This document shows positions 61,156-64,000 of a DNA stretch of 64,000 bases, in pieces. Every line of letters starts with the position of its first letter. The stretch's first letter is position 1. The position numbers and the translations under genes were made by a program. The DNA comes from Felis catus (Eukaryota), in contig NC_058383.1 of assembly GCF_018350175.1 (NCBI RefSeq), positions 13,208,001 to 13,272,000 on the forward strand, read 5' to 3'. The notes beneath the pieces were generated by a model. That model saw only the letters and a program-made list of their open reading frames with translations. It did no database searches and was not told the origin of the DNA.

Positions 61156-63234
61156 AAGCCAAATGGGAAAACAAGATCTTTAATGATCTTATGTGAATGG
61201 TGAGGTTTTTGTTTACAGTATAGCAAGAGGATCAAATGCAGTATTGGAAATCTTCCTGATTACAGGATATGAAGCTGAGATTCTGAATGCCAGCTACTAA
61301 GAACAGTTGAAAGACAGAGTGTTTATTGGGTCTTCAAGCATGTCTGCCATATTCAAAGCAACATTAGAGGGTGTTGAAGAGAGGTGTTAAATATCATTAG
61401 AACCACAGAAAGGCTTTGGAATCCAACAAATTGAAAGATAATTGAGTGAGGAAGAGCTTTGGACACAAAGCAGGCAGTTTTTTAATCTTAAGCATTTATG
61501 TCGAGTAGAAAATGCTTGAGGATTTATCTACTTGAGGTTTTCTCTAGGAGCCCTAATCCATGAGAAGTAGGGAGTGGGGGCTAGGGCGGTGGAGGCTAGT
61601 CTTTATTTTGCATTGCTCTGAGAAGTAATGTAGTAATAGAAGAAATTTGGTGTCCTGGAAACATTACTAACATGAAAAATCTTGAAAAATAAAGTTTAAA
61701 AAACAGGATTAGAAGGTAAGAGGAAAATGGTCTTCTGTCTCTGCTTAACCAGCTAAGACAGCTCAAGTAAAAATACATTTTTGTGAGTCATTTTCCACTC
61801 ATCTATTAGACTCAATGTTGAAGAATGTTTTGTTTAATCTACTTTAACTAGGAATAAAATGTGCTTGCTAAAGTTTATAGACAGAATTGCAAGGTGACCT
61901 AATAGCTTTGAAAGTCACTTTTAGTAAATGGAAATCATTTGTTAATGGATTCGTAAATGTGAAGAAATGAAAAGCCAGTTGATGCCAGTTAGTGTTAGCA
62001 TTTAGTAAAGGAAAAATTTGGTGGGTTTTTCTTTGGGGGTTTTGCGTTGCCTGGTGTTGTGTTGTTCCTTTGCTTTGTGTATGCATGTGAAGGGGGGTAT
62101 TATTAACATTATGGCTCTCTACCTCCACGATTCATTCCAAAAATAATTTTGTTAATGCTAAGAATGTAACTGTGGAAATAAAATGGCTTTTCAATCCTGT
62201 GTTGACTACGTGCCTACAATGTTGATTTGCTAATACCTGGAACTTCCAAATTAAATTTTATGGTATATGGATGATTTATTGTAATCTCTCCTACAAGGAA
62301 ATTCGTCTTAAAAACTTAAAAAAAAAATCATCCTATGTTGGGGAGTGGGGAGCATTTCTAATTCAAAGCAGAAGCCAGGCTAAGATCACATGTCCCCGTA
62401 GAGGAAAGAGGGGAGGTTTTACTTGTTGCATATGTTTAAAAAATATTTATAGATACAGCTGGACTTTTAGTACTTTATTTCTGGTTTTAATGATGGAATT
62501 CCCAAAGGACTAAAATTGTTCCAAACCGGTCTGAACTGTGTCTGAAGTTCGAGAACAGTATATAGTGGGTCTAAAAACTTTAATCCTCCTTGGAAACTCT
62601 GAGTGGGAAAGCTGCCCTTTTAGTCCCGTGTTTCTTGAATTTCCTGTTAGCAAAACACCTCTTTGCTCCTATTCAGTCCTTAACCAACTGCAGACTGACT
62701 TGACTTTTCTCTGCTAAAACATTTTCTAATAAGGTTCTCAATAAATTCCTAAGTCATAAACTCTGGTGATTTTGTTTATTTCCCACCCATCCAGTCACCA
62801 TTTTATTTCATGCCTGTTTTGCAACTTGATGCCCGAGTACCTTAGTAAGTGAGGCAGACATACTCCTTTACATTGTGGGGCTTTCAGTCTCTCAACACTG
62901 TTGACCTTCCTCCCACAAACTTCACAAAATCACTCACTTCTGGTTTGTGAAATCATTCATTAATGGTTCTTGTTTTAATGCTGATTCTCACTCCCACCCC
63001 TATCCGTGCACATGATTCTGCTCCTGGCTTTCTCTTTGCTTGATAATTTATTTTGTTGATACTTTTCTAGGTGATTTTATAAGGCCAAAGCTTTTAGGTT
63101 AACATCTGCCTTTATACATATTATATATGTATGGTTAAGTTAATCTATTCATATACAATGATATAGTATAGTTGTCGACTGTTGTATTTTGCTTTGGTTT
63201 TAAATTAAACTGTTGTATTTTGCTTTTAGTTTTA

Positions 63235-64000
63235 AACAGCTTTATTGAGGTATAATTCGCATATATAATGAACTGTTCCTTTTTAAAAGTATTCAACTTG
63301 GTAAGTTTTGACATATGTATAAACCCCTGAGACCTGTTAACCGCTATGAAGAATAATGAACATATCCCACACCCCAAAAGTCCTGTCCCTTTGTAATTTC
63401 TCTTTCTGTTACCTTCCTACCCTGCTACCCTCCCTTGTTTTCAGGTAATCACTGAAATGTTTTCCAACGCTGTAGAGTAGTAGTATTATTTATGCATCTT
63501 TCCTTAGTCTAGCTTCTTTCACGCAGCATAATTACTTTGGGATTTATTCACTTCGTGGTGTATATTCATAGTTCATTTCCTTTTATTGCTCATATTATTC
63601 CATTCTGTGGCTCTACCACAAATTATTTATACATTCACCCATCGACTGCCATTTGGGTTGTTTCTAGGTTTTTGTTACTATGAATATTTGTGTACTGGAC
63701 AATATGCAATCTTTTCTCTTAGGTAAATACCTCCCTAGGATAATGTGGTAGGTGTTTGTTAAGTGTTTCAGGAACATGCCCAGTGGTAATCTAAGTGTTA
63801 TATATGGCTTCCAGCATTATGTGAAAGTTCCATTGCTTCCATATCCTCTCTCTCATATTTAGTGTGGTCAGTGTTTCTCATTTTAGGCATTCTGATAATT
63901 GTGTAGTAGTATCTCATTGTGGTTTTGAATTAGGTTTCCCTAGTGACTAATGATGTTAAACATCTTTCCATGTGTTTATTTGTCATTTCTGTATCTTCTT
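63235..64000 (-). mobile_element. L1 3'-end fragment (L1MD/ME-like), running off the window
   Basis: acagctttattgaggtataatt...ccatttgggttgtttctag...ctcattgtggttttgaatt...gactaatgatgttaaacatctttccatgtg. Confidence 0.88.

Noticed and set aside
1..64000. Prokaryotic-style systems (CRISPR, operons, defence islands), functional tRNA genes or numt
   Set aside because: The sequence is mammalian repeat-rich DNA; tRNA-like segments are SINE heads; no mitochondrial or bacterial coding signature was seen

Overview
Mammalian nuclear DNA from a felid, most likely domestic cat. The evidence is 17 tRNA-derived carnivore SINEs (Can-SINE/SINEC_Fc type) plus one head-only fragment, and carnivore-type L1 3' ends. 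I found no recognisable protein-coding gene, RNA gene or CRISPR array. The ORF track is explained by SINE, L1 and microsatellite translations or by chance. The window looks like the interior of a long intron or an intergenic regulatory region. It contains young SINEs with intact target-site duplications, old L1/L2/L3/MIR fragments, hAT MITEs (MER3, MER33, MER58A, MER63, MER91A, MER112, MER113, MER5A), one MLT2 solo LTR and several microsatellites, separated by unique blocks rich in transcription-factor motifs. I could not identify a host gene and saw no convincing novel multi-gene system. The best leads are modest: a CpG-rich exon-like segment (9901-10021), a perfect ER6 next to a near-ERE nuclear-receptor site (51788-51884), two CTCF-like motifs, a TATA/GC-box promoter-like block (~28700-29070), a 20-bp perfect palindrome of inverted N-boxes, a SINE with apparent 3' transduced sequence, a tailless tRNA-head retrocopy and closely spaced inverted SINE pairs. 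Repeat family names are from recalled consensus sequences rather than a RepeatMasker run, and boundaries of old elements are approximate.
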